Positions 9,596-18,762 of a stretch of 64,000 nucleotides of DNA are shown one piece after another (the stretch's first letter is position 1; every line of letters begins with the position of its first letter). The DNA comes from a virus. The notes under the pieces were generated by a model, which ran no database searches, was not told where the DNA came from, and was given only the letters and a program-made list of their open reading frames with translations. Made by a program: the position numbers and the translations under genes. The stretch is taken from positions 97,741 to 161,740 of IMG/VR virus record IMGVR_UViG_3300031823_000001. The stretch is one strand, 5' to 3'.

Positions 9596-11650
9596 CTACT
9601 CGCCTTCGACGTTCGGTCCCGGGCCGGCCTTCCAGCAGCGGTACCGGGGGTGGTGCACCACCTCGTTGTCCCTGTCTTCCGCCAGCCACTTGTGCAGGGT
9701 TTCCCGCGCCGGGGCGATCCCCTCCTGGTCGAGCATGTTCCAGATCACCTGGGCGCTGGCCCCGTCCACCGGCCGGCCCGCGAGGAACTCCCGCATCCTG
9801 ATCCGCCCGGGATGCAGGTCCTTCTCCGGGTCGGTCAGCCCGCCCCCTTTGACGACCTCGTCGAAGCGGTCCGTTCCGCCGCTGTCGCCGCTGTACCCGT
9901 TCAGGGCGCTGCCGGCCGCCAGGGCCATCGCCGGGACCTTCAGGACGCCGTTCTGCTGCGCCCGCGCCCAGCGCTGCGCGTACCCGGTGCCCAGCGCCCG
10001 CGCGGTCATCGCGTCCAGCCGGGGACGCACCGGGGCGGTGTCGATTTCCGACTGGTAGACCGGGCACTCCGGCGGGCACAGCGGGTTGTCGTCGTCTTCG
10101 CCGCACACCTTGTCGATGTGGTCGTGGTGCAGGAACTTGGACGGCTGGCTGGCGCGCGGCCCCCGGCCCATCATGCCGACGCCGGGTGTCTGCGCGAGGA
10201 ACTGGAGCTGGCGCCCGGCCAGATGGGGCAGGTCGGGGACGATCCAGCTCAGCTCGCTGAGCTGGCTGGGCCGCAGCGCGAACCTGACGTCGATGTTCGC
10301 CTTCATGTCGGTGCTGCCCCCGGCCGAGGTGGTGCCCCGCTGCGACGCCCAGACGGTGGTGACCGCCTCCGACCGGCCCTTGCGGGTGATCTCGATGCCC
10401 TGCTTGATGAACCAGTTATTGGTCATGGCGTCCGCCTGGCCGGCCCGTTCGAGGTCTCCCCTGGTCCCCGAGATGTCGCTGAACAGGTCGGCCATCTCGT
10501 CGCAGACCAGGATGATCTGCGGCCGGCCGGCGGACGGCTTGATCTTGCTCCGGCCGATGCCCGAGTTCATTCGTACCTCGGTCGCGGCGATGACCGCCTC
10601 GATCATCAGCGTCGCCTCGGCCCGGTCGGTGGCGATCCAGTCGATCGGCGGCATCCCGGTGCGGCCTTCCTCCCACGCCTGGAACCAGGGCTTGATCGCC
10701 CGGCCGCCCTTCATGTCGATGGCCCAGATCACCGTGTCCACGCAGCTCGCAAGCTGGGCGATGAGCACGTTGATCAGGTTGCTCTTCCCGGACCCGGTGG
10801 AGCCGACGATCATGATGTGGACCTCGCGGACCGGCACCTTCAGGTACGAGCCGTCCTCCTGGACGCCGACCACGATCTCCTCGGTGCAGGTCCGGGACCG
10901 CACCTCCGGGGTGAGCAGGTGGGTGCCCTCCATGCCGTCCTGCTCGCGGAGCTTCATGAGCACCTCAGAGGAGGTGGCGCCGGCCTCGAACATGCAGGCC
11001 CCCTCCTGCGACTGGAGGGCTACCTCGAAGTTGCGGGCCTTAGCCCGGAAGTCATCGATGGTGACCTTGCCGGACTGGGGGAGCCGGATGCGCACCTGGC
11101 GGCCCCAGCGTTCCTCGGTGAGTCCGGTGACTTCCACCGGGACGACCTCACCCGTGATCGGGTGCACGCCGGCGGTGATGCCGAAGTCGGCGAACATCGT
11201 GGCGAACAGCTCCCGCTGGACCTGGTTCTCGTCGGGCTCCGGAGCGATCATGAGGGGCTCGGGCACGGCGGTGAGCGCGATGGGCTCCTTCTTCGGGTGC
11301 CGCCTGTGCCAGGCGGCGACGCCCAGGGGGACGAACGCGAACGCGCCCGCGAGGAAGCCGCCGATGACGTTCCCGTGCCACAGGCCGGCGGCCTGCGCCC
11401 AGGCGGTCCAGCCGCCGAGGAAGCCGCCGAAGCCGAACAGGTAAAACGGGAAGAGCTTGCGCCCGGTGACGCTCCACGTCACGAGCGCGGTACCCGTCGA
11501 GGCGATGATCTCCGACGCGGGGAGCACCCACCCGGGAGCGCTTGTCCCCGAGAGGATGGCCTCGGCCCCGAGCGCGGCAACGGTGGCCAGGCTGATCCAC
11601 TCAGCCGGGTGACCGTACTTCTGGTAACCCCCCTCAGGCTCCTCTTCCAC
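9596..11650 (-). CDS. TraB-like FtsK/SpoIIIE conjugal DNA translocase
   Basis: N-terminal TM helices, GSTGSGKS, IDMKGG, VCDEMAD, KGRSEAV...ASQR, C-terminal winged-helix-sized region. Confidence 0.8.
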   Translation of the reverse strand: MEEEPEGGYQKYGHPAEWISLATVAALGAEAILSGTSAPGWVLPASEIIASTGTALVTWSVTGRKLFPFYLFGFGGFLGGWTAWAQAAGLWHGNVIGGFLAGAFAFVPLGVAAWHRRHPKKEPIALTAVPEPLMIAPEPDENQVQRELFATMFADFGITAGVHPITGEVVPVEVTGLTEERWGRQVRIRLPQSGKVTIDDFRAKARNFEVALQSQEGACMFEAGATSSEVLMKLREQDGMEGTHLLTPEVRSRTCTEEIVVGVQEDGSYLKVPVREVHIMIVGSTGSGKSNLINVLIAQLASCVDTVIWAIDMKGGRAIKPWFQAWEEGRTGMPPIDWIATDRAEATLMIEAVIAATEVRMNSGIGRSKIKPSAGRPQIILVCDEMADLFSDISGTRGDLERAGQADAMTNNWFIKQGIEITRKGRSEAVTTVWASQRGTTSAGGSTDMKANIDVRFALRPSQLSELSWIVPDLPHLAGRQLQFLAQTPGVGMMGRGPRASQPSKFLHHDHIDKVCGEDDDNPLCPPECPVYQSEIDTAPVRPRLDAMTARALGTGYAQRWARAQQNGVLKVPAMALAAGSALNGYSGDSGGTDRFDEVVKGGGLTDPEKDLHPGRIRMREFLAGRPVDGASAQVIWNMLDQEGIAPARETLHKWLAEDRDNEVVHHPRYRCWKAGPGPNVEGE

Positions 11651-11662
11651 TGTTGCCTCTCC

Positions 11663-11704
11663 TGTGACCCGGAGTGTGACCCGGAGTGTGACTGTGACTG
11701 TGAC
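11663..11704 (+). repeat. Direct repeats TGTGACCCGGAG x2 and TGTGAC x3 upstream of traB (clt-like or operator)
   Basis: Read directly; further copies TGTGAC at 11732 and inverted GTCACA at 11771. Confidence 0.75.
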
Positions 11705-11856
11705 TTATCTACTTTCCCAGATAACGAGAACTGTGACGAGCGCCGGGATCTTCCCTGGCGGCGCGCCGGCGTCACACTGTCCCGGCGCACCAGTGCGCCA
11801 GGACCCGCCACCTGACGCGCCGCCTCACACTCTGGCGCGCACCAGATTCGGTAGAC

Positions 11857-11881
11857 ACATTACAGGTTTTCTTGATAAGTT
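11857..11881 (+). promoter_or_regulatory. Conserved promoter/operator motif
   Basis: ACATTACAGGTTTTCTTGATAAGTT followed by the GCAAGGAAC leader. Confidence 0.75.
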
Positions 11882-11918
11882 GGAAGCCGCAAGGAACGAG
11901 CAGCCAAAGGAGCACCGA

Positions 11919-13286
11919 ATGAACGCGCCAGTTACCGCACCAGAGACAGATCCCGTCGCCGCAGCCCGCAACGCGGTGCGCACCAGGTGGAGCGCGCACC
12001 AGTCGCAGCAGGCGGTGCGCCAGGCGGCGCGGGAGGAAGAGCGCGCCATCAGGGACGAGCGGCGCGGGGCGCGCCGGGAAATGCGCCGGCTGCACCGGGA
12101 AGACCGCGCCGACCGCACCGCCGCTGCCGCTGGTGCAGCCGGCGGGTGGGTGCGCCGCGCCGCGCCGGTAGTCGGTGCGGCCGTACCTGTCGCCCTCGTG
12201 AACGCCACCGCCTTCGTCGGCCAGTTCGCCTACATCAGGGACCACGTGCCGTGGGTTCTCCCCGGGCAGATCCTGGTGGCCGCCACCTTCGAGTCGGTCG
12301 CCGTCTACCTGGCCTGGCACGCGCACATGGCGATGATGAAGAACGACTCGGCGACCCGCCTCAAGCTGGGCGCCCAGCTCTTCGCCCTGATCATGGCCGC
12401 GATGAACTACAGCCACTACGCCGTCCACTGGCGTCCCACTGTCCTGGCCGTGGGCCTGGGCCTGATGTCGCTGCTGTCCCCGTCGCTGTGGGGCATCTAC
12501 TCCCGGCGCGCCGCCCGCGACAAGCTGATGGAGCGCGGCCTGATCGAGGAGCACGCGGTGCGCCTCGGCGCGAACCGCTGGACGTGGCACCCGGTGCGCT
12601 CCGTTGCCGTCATGTGGCGCGCCACCTGGGTCGGCGAGAACGACCCGAAGCGCGCCATCGGCCTGTACGAGTCGGCGCAGGTCTCGCGCCGCGCCATCCG
12701 GTCGGCGCGCCGCGCCAGCGACGGCGCGCCAGGTGCGCCGCGCCAGGGTGGCGCGCCAGAGGCGGCGCAGCCCGCGCCGGTACCCGCGCCGCGCCAGGAG
12801 GCCATCGCGGCTGGCGCGCCACTGGCGCAGGAGTCCCCGGCCGCGCCGCTGCCAGTCGGCACCGACGGCACGCCGCTCCAGTGGCCGGGCCTGGCGCAGT
12901 ACGCGCAGCAATCGGCCCCGGCCGCCCTGATCCCCGGCACCACCCTGAACGGCCACCCGGTCGCGGACGTGAAGGCTATTGCGGAACTGGCCGCGACGCC
13001 TACCCTGAGTGCATCGCACCCGATTGACCCGCAGCGCGTCGTTGATGCCGAGCTGCACCTGGCGGGACTTGCCGTCAGCGACCTGCCGTCTGAGCGCGTT
13101 GTCTCGCGGATTCTCTGCCCCGAGCACGACCACCGCCGCCACGCCAAGGCGCTGCTCCAGGCGCGCCGCGCCGCCGGCCAGGACCCGCTCCCCGCGTTTG
13201 TCCAGCGTCAGCGCCCGGCGCACGCCCCCACGGTCATCGCCACCCCTGCCGCTACCCTCCCAGGAGGCATCCAGGCTCATGGCTAG
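11919..13286 (+). CDS. Spd-like (DUF2637-type) four-TM plasmid spread protein
   Basis: AAGGAG RBS; four hydrophobic helices; RW.WHPVRS motif; Pro/Ala-rich tail; divergent from traB. Confidence 0.6.
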   Translation: MNAPVTAPETDPVAAARNAVRTRWSAHQSQQAVRQAAREEERAIRDERRGARREMRRLHREDRADRTAAAAGAAGGWVRRAAPVVGAAVPVALVNATAFVGQFAYIRDHVPWVLPGQILVAATFESVAVYLAWHAHMAMMKNDSATRLKLGAQLFALIMAAMNYSHYAVHWRPTVLAVGLGLMSLLSPSLWGIYSRRAARDKLMERGLIEEHAVRLGANRWTWHPVRSVAVMWRATWVGENDPKRAIGLYESAQVSRRAIRSARRASDGAPGAPRQGGAPEAAQPAPVPAPRQEAIAAGAPLAQESPAAPLPVGTDGTPLQWPGLAQYAQQSAPAALIPGTTLNGHPVADVKAIAELAATPTLSASHPIDPQRVVDAELHLAGLAVSDLPSERVVSRILCPEHDHRRHAKALLQARRAAGQDPLPAFVQRQRPAHAPTVIATPAATLPGGIQAHG

Positions 13287-15078
13287 CATCCTCCCGTCGT
13301 CCCCGCCGCCGTCCGGGTCCCGGCTCCACCTCGCAAGGAGAGCCGGGATCGGCGTCTGCGCAGGCGCCGTCGTGCTCGGCGGCCTGGGGCACGTCATCGG
13401 CTGGAAGTCAGCCGGCATCCTCGCGGCGTGCGCCGCTGGGGCCGCCGCGCTGTTCTTCCTCGTGCGCGGCATCCGCCAGCGCAGGTCCGGCGGCCTTCCC
13501 CCGGGCTTGCGGGGACTGCCCCCGGGCCTGCGGGGCGGCGGCCGGATTCCCGGCCTCCCGCGCGGCCTCGGCCGTGGCGGTCTGCCCCGGGGGCTCGGCC
13601 GTGGCGGCCTGCCTCGCGGATTTCCCCGTGGCGGCCTGCCTCGCGGATTTCCCCGTGGCGGCCTGAAGATGCCCCGGGGAGTTGGACGCGGCCGTCTCCC
13701 GGGCGGGATGCGGTCGTCTCTCCCCAAGGGGATGCGTGCCCCGGCGTCGCGCTCGCGCATGCCCGGCCTGGCGTCCCGTTCCGGCCGCAGTGCCGGTCCC
13801 GGCCGCAGCAAGGGCGCACTCCCGGGCGGCTCGCGCAGCAAGTTCCGGCCGCGCGCGGCTGGCGCTCCGGCGTTCCGTTCCTCGCGGGCCAGCGGGCGCC
13901 CCGGAGCCCGGGCCGGCTCGCGTGCCGGGTCGCCGGGATCTTCGCGCAGAAGCGGCGGGATCGGCTCGCGCGCTTCCGGCGGCCTGCCCCGCAGCGGGCG
14001 CACCTGGGGCGGCCGGCGTTCCGGGCTCGGGTCCGGCAGTGCCCGCACCGGAAGATCCCGCTCCCCGGGCGCCAGGCCCGGCGCTCCGGCGCGGGTGAAC
14101 GGCTGGCGCAGGGCCGTCCCACCGAGGATGCGCCCCGCGTCGTGGACCGGCGGCACGCCCGCCCCGGCGCGCGGGTGGCGCAAGCTCATTCCGCCGCGCC
14201 TGCGCCCGGCCGCACCGGGCACTATCCCGAACCCGTCCGCCGGCGCGACCAGGCGGCGCGGTACCAGGCGCAGGAACAACTTGAACAAGCCGCCCCGCGT
14301 CCGGCTGCGGCGCCGCTGGTTCCGCCGGCCGGGGCGCCGGGTGAAGGGACCGAGGCCGGTGCGTACGCACAAGCTGCGGCCGTTCACCCAGGCGTGGCTC
14401 CTTCACCATGTCGGCCGGTACGGCCGGCGCCGCAACCGGAGGCAGACGGCGCGGCAGGCCCGCAGGACAGCCAGCACACGCCGGAGATCAATTCGCGGCA
14501 GGATGCGCAGAATGCAGGCTTTCTTGATAAGGTGGAGGCTCAGAAAGAAGAACAGGACGCAGGCACCGAGCGCTCCGGTGGGTCCGGCGGTAACCATTAC
14601 GCCGCCGAGCAGGACCGCCGACCCGGATGCTCACCGCCGGCCCCGGCCGGCCCGTCCGCGCCCAGGACCCGCCGCTCCGGCCGGAGCGCCTTTCGCGGGC
14701 CAGCCGAGTTCCCCAACCGGAGGACAAATGCCCAATGTCACCTCTGCTCCGATCGAGCAGGTTATCGAGGCGATCAACTCCGCCTTCGGCAACTTCAACC
14801 CCGAGAGCGTCGTCCCCGACGTGGAGGCGTTCCTGGAGAACCTTCCCAAGGTGTTCGACGCTCTCGACGCCAACATCAAGAAGGTCGCCGGCCGTATGGA
14901 CGAGGACCTGCCGGTCCACAAGGACGTAGGCGAGGCGCTGCGCGAGCTTATCCCCCCGCTCGGCGGCCTGTCCGAGCGGGCCGAGGAGGCCTACACGACC
15001 TTCAAGAACCGTCACGCGCAGGAGCTGGACCAGCACTACAACCCGCGCCCGCACGAGGAGGCCTGGAACCGGCGGTAG
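13279..15078 (+). CDS. Membrane-anchored Arg/Gly-rich protein with C-terminal helical (TraA-like) domain; possible internal start at 14728
   Basis: AGGAGG RBS; two TM helices; GGLPRG repeats; internal GGAGG-ATG at 14728. Confidence 0.6.
   Translation: MASILPSSPPPSGSRLHLARRAGIGVCAGAVVLGGLGHVIGWKSAGILAACAAGAAALFFLVRGIRQRRSGGLPPGLRGLPPGLRGGGRIPGLPRGLGRGGLPRGLGRGGLPRGFPRGGLPRGFPRGGLKMPRGVGRGRLPGGMRSSLPKGMRAPASRSRMPGLASRSGRSAGPGRSKGALPGGSRSKFRPRAAGAPAFRSSRASGRPGARAGSRAGSPGSSRRSGGIGSRASGGLPRSGRTWGGRRSGLGSGSARTGRSRSPGARPGAPARVNGWRRAVPPRMRPASWTGGTPAPARGWRKLIPPRLRPAAPGTIPNPSAGATRRRGTRRRNNLNKPPRVRLRRRWFRRPGRRVKGPRPVRTHKLRPFTQAWLLHHVGRYGRRRNRRQTARQARRTASTRRRSIRGRMRRMQAFLIRWRLRKKNRTQAPSAPVGPAVTITPPSRTADPDAHRRPRPARPRPGPAAPAGAPFAGQPSSPTGGQMPNVTSAPIEQVIEAINSAFGNFNPESVVPDVEAFLENLPKVFDALDANIKKVAGRMDEDLPVHKDVGEALRELIPPLGGLSERAEEAYTTFKNRHAQELDQHYNPRPHEEAWNRR
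13543..13665 (+). repeat. 27-bp tandem repeats encoding GGLPRG(L/F)(G/P)R
   Basis: About four copies; two near-identical (CCGTGGCGGCCTGCCTCGCGGATTTCC). Confidence 0.8.
14511..14533 (+). promoter_or_regulatory. Intragenic copy of the conserved motif
   Basis: AATGCAGGCTTTCTTGATAAGGT. Confidence 0.6.
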
Positions 15079-15095
15079 CGGGCGATCCCCTCAGC

Positions 15096-15139
15096 AGAGG
15101 GCGGGACGGTCTCCTCCCCAGGCCGTCCCGCCCTCTTTT
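15096..15139 (+). terminator. Intrinsic terminator
   Basis: AGAGGGCGGGACGG / CCGTCCCGCCCTCT followed by TTT. Confidence 0.85.
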
Positions 15140-15145
15140 ACGTCC

Positions 15146-15175
15146 TTGTGCAGATACAGCTTTTCTTGATAATCT
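15146..15175 (+). promoter_or_regulatory. Conserved promoter motif, leaderless transcript
   Basis: TTGTGC-N18-TAATCT with spacer AGATACAGCTTTTCTTGA; ATG six nt downstream. Confidence 0.8.
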
Positions 15176-15181
15176 GCTCCC

Positions 15182-15487
15182 ATGACGAACAGCGCTGCCC
15201 CCACCCTGGTCATCACCGGGACGGCCGTCCAGTGGGACGGACGCCCGGTCGCCCGGCTTCTCTGGTCGGGCCGCTGCCTGAAGGTGGAGAACCTCCGGGG
15301 CCGTGGCCTCGGGCGCCTCATTCCGGCCGGATACACCGAGGGCCGCCCCGACGACGGAAGCGGCCTGTACGACGCGTGGACGGCCAAGCACCCTCACGTG
15401 CACACCCCCAGCGACACGGTCATCGCCAGGGACAAGAGACTGGCCGAGGGCATCGCCCTCATCATCAAGGAGAGCACCAGTGGCTGA
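15182..15487 (+). CDS. Hypothetical protein
   Basis: ORF directly after the promoter motif. Confidence 0.65.
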   Translation: MTNSAAPTLVITGTAVQWDGRPVARLLWSGRCLKVENLRGRGLGRLIPAGYTEGRPDDGSGLYDAWTAKHPHVHTPSDTVIARDKRLAEGIALIIKESTSG

Positions 15488-15833
15488 CAGAGACATCAGG
15501 AACCTGCCGGTCTGGGGCCAGGTCCTGGTCCGCAGGCTTGAGGGCGAGCGCGACCGCGCCCGCCGCGACCTGGAAGATTACAAGGCCCGGGAGACCGCAA
15601 CGCTGGAAGACAGCACTGTGGTCGCCGATCCCTACGGCGAGTGCCCCCGCCCCCTGGGGAAGGACCCGTCAGTCCACTTCAACGGCAGGGACATCTCGTT
15701 CTGCATTGAATTCGACAGCGCCGAGGGCATCCTGACCGTCACGGCGACCGGCTCCGGCCCGGCTGCCGGGAGCGGCCTCGCGGTCTACCCCTGGACCTCC
15801 AACGGCATCCGGCTGAAGGGCGGCCGTCCGTGA
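15480..15833 (+). CDS. Hypothetical protein
   Basis: AAGGAG RBS and GTG; overlaps both neighbours. Confidence 0.65.
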   Translation: MADRDIRNLPVWGQVLVRRLEGERDRARRDLEDYKARETATLEDSTVVADPYGECPRPLGKDPSVHFNGRDISFCIEFDSAEGILTVTATGSGPAAGSGLAVYPWTSNGIRLKGGRP

Positions 15834-16144
15834 GCGACCGTGACCTCTTCGACCACATCTGGCATTCTGACCGGACGGGCGGCTGGGTGACAGAGCTGCG
15901 CACCAGCGGGAGGTGGGCCGTCGTGCCCGTCTCCGCCCTGGTCGGCAAGACGGTGAACATCGGCGACAAGGACGGCGGCGTCTACGAGGGCGTCACCCTG
16001 ACGGCGTTCGACGAGCAGACGGGATACCTGACGCTCGAAGGGGGCATCAGCGGGTCGTGCTTCCGGCCGGAGGAGGCGAAGCCTTTGCAGCGCCCCGAGC
16101 GCCTGCTGGCGCACGATGTCGCCCGGGGCTTCGTCCATCCTTGA
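15830..16144 (+). CDS. Hypothetical protein
   Basis: GTGA overlap; high GC3. Confidence 0.6.
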   Translation: MSDRDLFDHIWHSDRTGGWVTELRTSGRWAVVPVSALVGKTVNIGDKDGGVYEGVTLTAFDEQTGYLTLEGGISGSCFRPEEAKPLQRPERLLAHDVARGFVHP

Positions 16145-16150
16145 AGCCTG

Positions 16151-16180
16151 TTGCACCAATACAAGTTTTCTTGATAAAGT
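16151..16180 (+). promoter_or_regulatory. Conserved promoter motif
   Basis: TTGCAC-N18-TAAAGT with spacer CAATACAAGTTTTCTTGA. Confidence 0.8.
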
Positions 16181-16216
16181 CGGTCTAGGACACCACCCAC
16201 AGGAGGGAAACACGCG

Positions 16217-16957
16217 ATGACCGAGACGGACGAGCGGGCGGCGGGCACTGCCAAGGAGCTTGAGCAGGTAGCCCCCGGCTCGCTGGCGTACGCGACGGCG
16301 ACAGACCCGACCAAGAAGTGGGACCTCGCGAAGCTGGCCGGGATGCTCGGCGGCGACGCGGAGCCCCCGAAGGTCACCCCGCAGCCCAAGCCGGCCGAGC
16401 CGGTGAAGATCACCCCGGAACTGAGGGCGGCCCTGCGCCGGCTCCCCGAGGTGTTCGGCGGCGTGGCCCCGACTGAGCCCCGCAAGCTGGAGGCCGCCGA
16501 AGTCAAGCGGCTCACCGACGAGCGCGACGTGCTCAGCCAGGTGATCACCGCCCTGGGCAACCGGGACAAGGACATCGACGAGGCCATGCGCACCCACATG
16601 GACTACCTGGCCCCCGAGGGCGCCCCGGTGATCGCCGACGGCGTGGCCAAGGGCCACCGGCTCCTCGCTAAGGACGGCGAGCCCTTCGAGGTTCCCGTCG
16701 AGGGCTACGAGGACGCCTGGCAGCAGCGCAAGGTGCACGGCCGGGCCGACATGAGCATCGGCGTCCTCGCCGACCTCCTGGTGGCGGAAAAGATCACCAA
16801 GGAGGAGTTCATGTCCCTCACCGCGCAGGTGCGGGTCCTGGACGAGGACAGGATCAAGCGGGCGGTCCGAAGGAACCCGGCCCGGGTCCTGTCCATCCTC
16901 AAGGCGATCACCCTCCGCAAGGGCGACACCGCCCAACTGGTGCCGCCGAAGAAGTAG
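16217..16957 (+). CDS. Hypothetical phage protein
   Basis: AGGAGG RBS; strong codon bias. Confidence 0.75.
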   Translation: MTETDERAAGTAKELEQVAPGSLAYATATDPTKKWDLAKLAGMLGGDAEPPKVTPQPKPAEPVKITPELRAALRRLPEVFGGVAPTEPRKLEAAEVKRLTDERDVLSQVITALGNRDKDIDEAMRTHMDYLAPEGAPVIADGVAKGHRLLAKDGEPFEVPVEGYEDAWQQRKVHGRADMSIGVLADLLVAEKITKEEFMSLTAQVRVLDEDRIKRAVRRNPARVLSILKAITLRKGDTAQLVPPKK

Positions 16958-16966
16958 GCACTCCGG

Positions 16967-17000
16967 GGACGCCCGGCCCCTGACCGGGGGCCGGGCGTCC
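16967..17000 (+). terminator. GC hairpin, probable terminator
   Basis: GGACGCCCGGCCCC / GGGGCCGGGCGTCC. Confidence 0.65.
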
Positions 17001-17018
17001 TCCCGTACCAAGAGAGAG

Positions 17019-17447
17019 ATGATGACAATCGAAACGAACGTCGTCCCCGCTGAGGCCGTTCCGCCGTTCATGGTCACCGAAGAGATGATCAACGAGCGCG
17101 ACTGGAGCCGGGGGCAGGCGCCTTTCTACCGGGTGGCGGAGGTGGCGAAGTTCTTCTTCGGCATGTCCGAGTCGTGGCTGCGGCTGAAACTGCGGCCGGA
17201 CGAAGACCACCCCGACACCTGGTTCGTCCTGCGCGGGGAGCGGATCGACATCCGTCGCAACAACCCGGACAAGGACGACTCCTCGCGCGTCTTCACTCTC
17301 GCGGACATCGAGCCCATGGCATGGTCCCTGCGCCGCTTCGGTGCGATCAGCAGGCTGCGCCTCGCCCAGATCCTGCGGGTAGTAGAAGCGGAGGCGTTCC
17401 TGTACGGGCTGTTCACGCCCCCGGCGCCTGAGGAAGAGCCCGAGTGA
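17019..17447 (+). CDS. MerR/excisionase-like HTH DNA-binding protein
   Basis: YRVAEVAKFFFGMSESWLR...RVFTLADIE. Confidence 0.6.
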   Translation: MMTIETNVVPAEAVPPFMVTEEMINERDWSRGQAPFYRVAEVAKFFFGMSESWLRLKLRPDEDHPDTWFVLRGERIDIRRNNPDKDDSSRVFTLADIEPMAWSLRRFGAISRLRLAQILRVVEAEAFLYGLFTPPAPEEEPE

Positions 17448-18322
17448 CGGCGCCTCCTCCGCTGATGGCGGTGGACGGCACCGGGCTGCTGGTCCGGTGC
17501 TCCCGGGCCGCCGCCCGCACCGGGATGCACGCCCCCGACGGCACGCCCACGGGAGCGCTGACGCTGTTCGTCGGCTCCCTGGCGTCCATGGTGCGGGAGG
17601 TCCGGCCGTTGTACTTCCTGGTCGCCTGGGACGGGGCGAACGGGAGGGCCTGGCGGCGCGCGATCTGCCCGGAGTACAAGGCCAACAGGCTTCCGTTCCC
17701 GGACAAGCGCCCGGTGGAGAGCGAGCAGGTACGCGAGTTCTGCACTGCCGCAGGGATCGCCCAGTGGTGCATGGACGACTTCGAGGCGGACGACCTGCTT
17801 GCCGCCGCCGCCCGGCTGTCCGGCCGGGACCTCCCGGGCTGCGACGTGGTGCTGTGCTCCGACGACCGCGACGTGCTCCAGCTCATCGAGCCGGGCCGGG
17901 TGCGCGTGCGCACCTTCGGCAGCGGCGGCATGACAGCCGACACCCTGAGCGTCATCGAAGAGTGGGGCGTCTACCCGGAGCACCTGCCGTCCCTGCGCGC
18001 CCTCGCGGGCGACCCGAGCGACGGAATCCCCGGGCTGCCCGGGGTGGGCCCGGTGAGGGCCGCACTGATGCTCCAGCAGGCCGGGTTCTCCTGGCCGCTG
18101 CCGGAGGCGGTTCTTCCCGACCCGGCGCAGCACGCGCAGGCACAGGCATGGCACGACATCATGACCCTGCACGGCGCCCCGGAGACCCCCGAAGGCCACG
18201 ATGCTACCGGAATCCTTGATATCCGCCAGACAGCCTGGACGCGCGGTAACATCCTCCCCGTACTTGAAAAGTACGGGATGCGTGTTTTGGCGGAAAGGTG
18301 GTCGAAAAGCGCTCTCTGGTAA
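17444..18322 (+). CDS. 5'-3' exonuclease / flap endonuclease (PIN fold with H3TH)
   Basis: VDG, WD, YKANR, EADD, SDDRD, LAGDPSDGIPGLPGVGP. Confidence 0.9.
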   Translation: MTAPPPLMAVDGTGLLVRCSRAAARTGMHAPDGTPTGALTLFVGSLASMVREVRPLYFLVAWDGANGRAWRRAICPEYKANRLPFPDKRPVESEQVREFCTAAGIAQWCMDDFEADDLLAAAARLSGRDLPGCDVVLCSDDRDVLQLIEPGRVRVRTFGSGGMTADTLSVIEEWGVYPEHLPSLRALAGDPSDGIPGLPGVGPVRAALMLQQAGFSWPLPEAVLPDPAQHAQAQAWHDIMTLHGAPETPEGHDATGILDIRQTAWTRGNILPVLEKYGMRVLAERWSKSALW

Positions 18323-18334
18323 TTAAAGTTCAGC

Positions 18335-18364
18335 TTGACCGGCGCATTATCCCGGTCATAGCCT
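18335..18364 (+). promoter_or_regulatory. Promoter with overlapping inverted repeat upstream of the primase operon
   Basis: TTGACC-N18-TAGCCT; TGACCGG-N9-CCGGTCA. Confidence 0.6.
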
Positions 18365-18450
18365 CTCCCTACACGGCGTGAATTCCCCGAGCGGGGGCCA
18401 GACGCCGCTTCAGCCTTTTGCGGTTCCTCAACCTGAAAGGTCAGTGAGTC

Positions 18451-18762
18451 ATGTCGCCGACTCTCGACTTTGCACTGCCGTCCCCTCAGACGGTCACCCG
18501 GGACTCTTTCCCGGGATTCGTCCAGGACGAGATCCTCCGGACCTCCGGACCCCAGCCTCCCTGCCCGGCCGCCCGGGACATCCTCTTCGCCTTCTGGGAC
18601 CGATTCGGCCCGAGCAAGACGATGGACGTGTGCTCCCTCGTGTTCGGCCCGCAGCACCGTGGTATCTGGCGCAGCGCGCCGGTTACCCCGCTGCGCTTCG
18701 CCGAGCGCCAGGACGAGTTCTTCGCGCTCCCGCTCCTGGAGGGCGGTGACTGCCTTGAGTGA
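18451..18762 (+). CDS. Hypothetical protein
   Basis: ORF coupled to the primase start. Confidence 0.55.
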   Translation: MSPTLDFALPSPQTVTRDSFPGFVQDEILRTSGPQPPCPAARDILFAFWDRFGPSKTMDVCSLVFGPQHRGIWRSAPVTPLRFAERQDEFFALPLLEGGDCLE

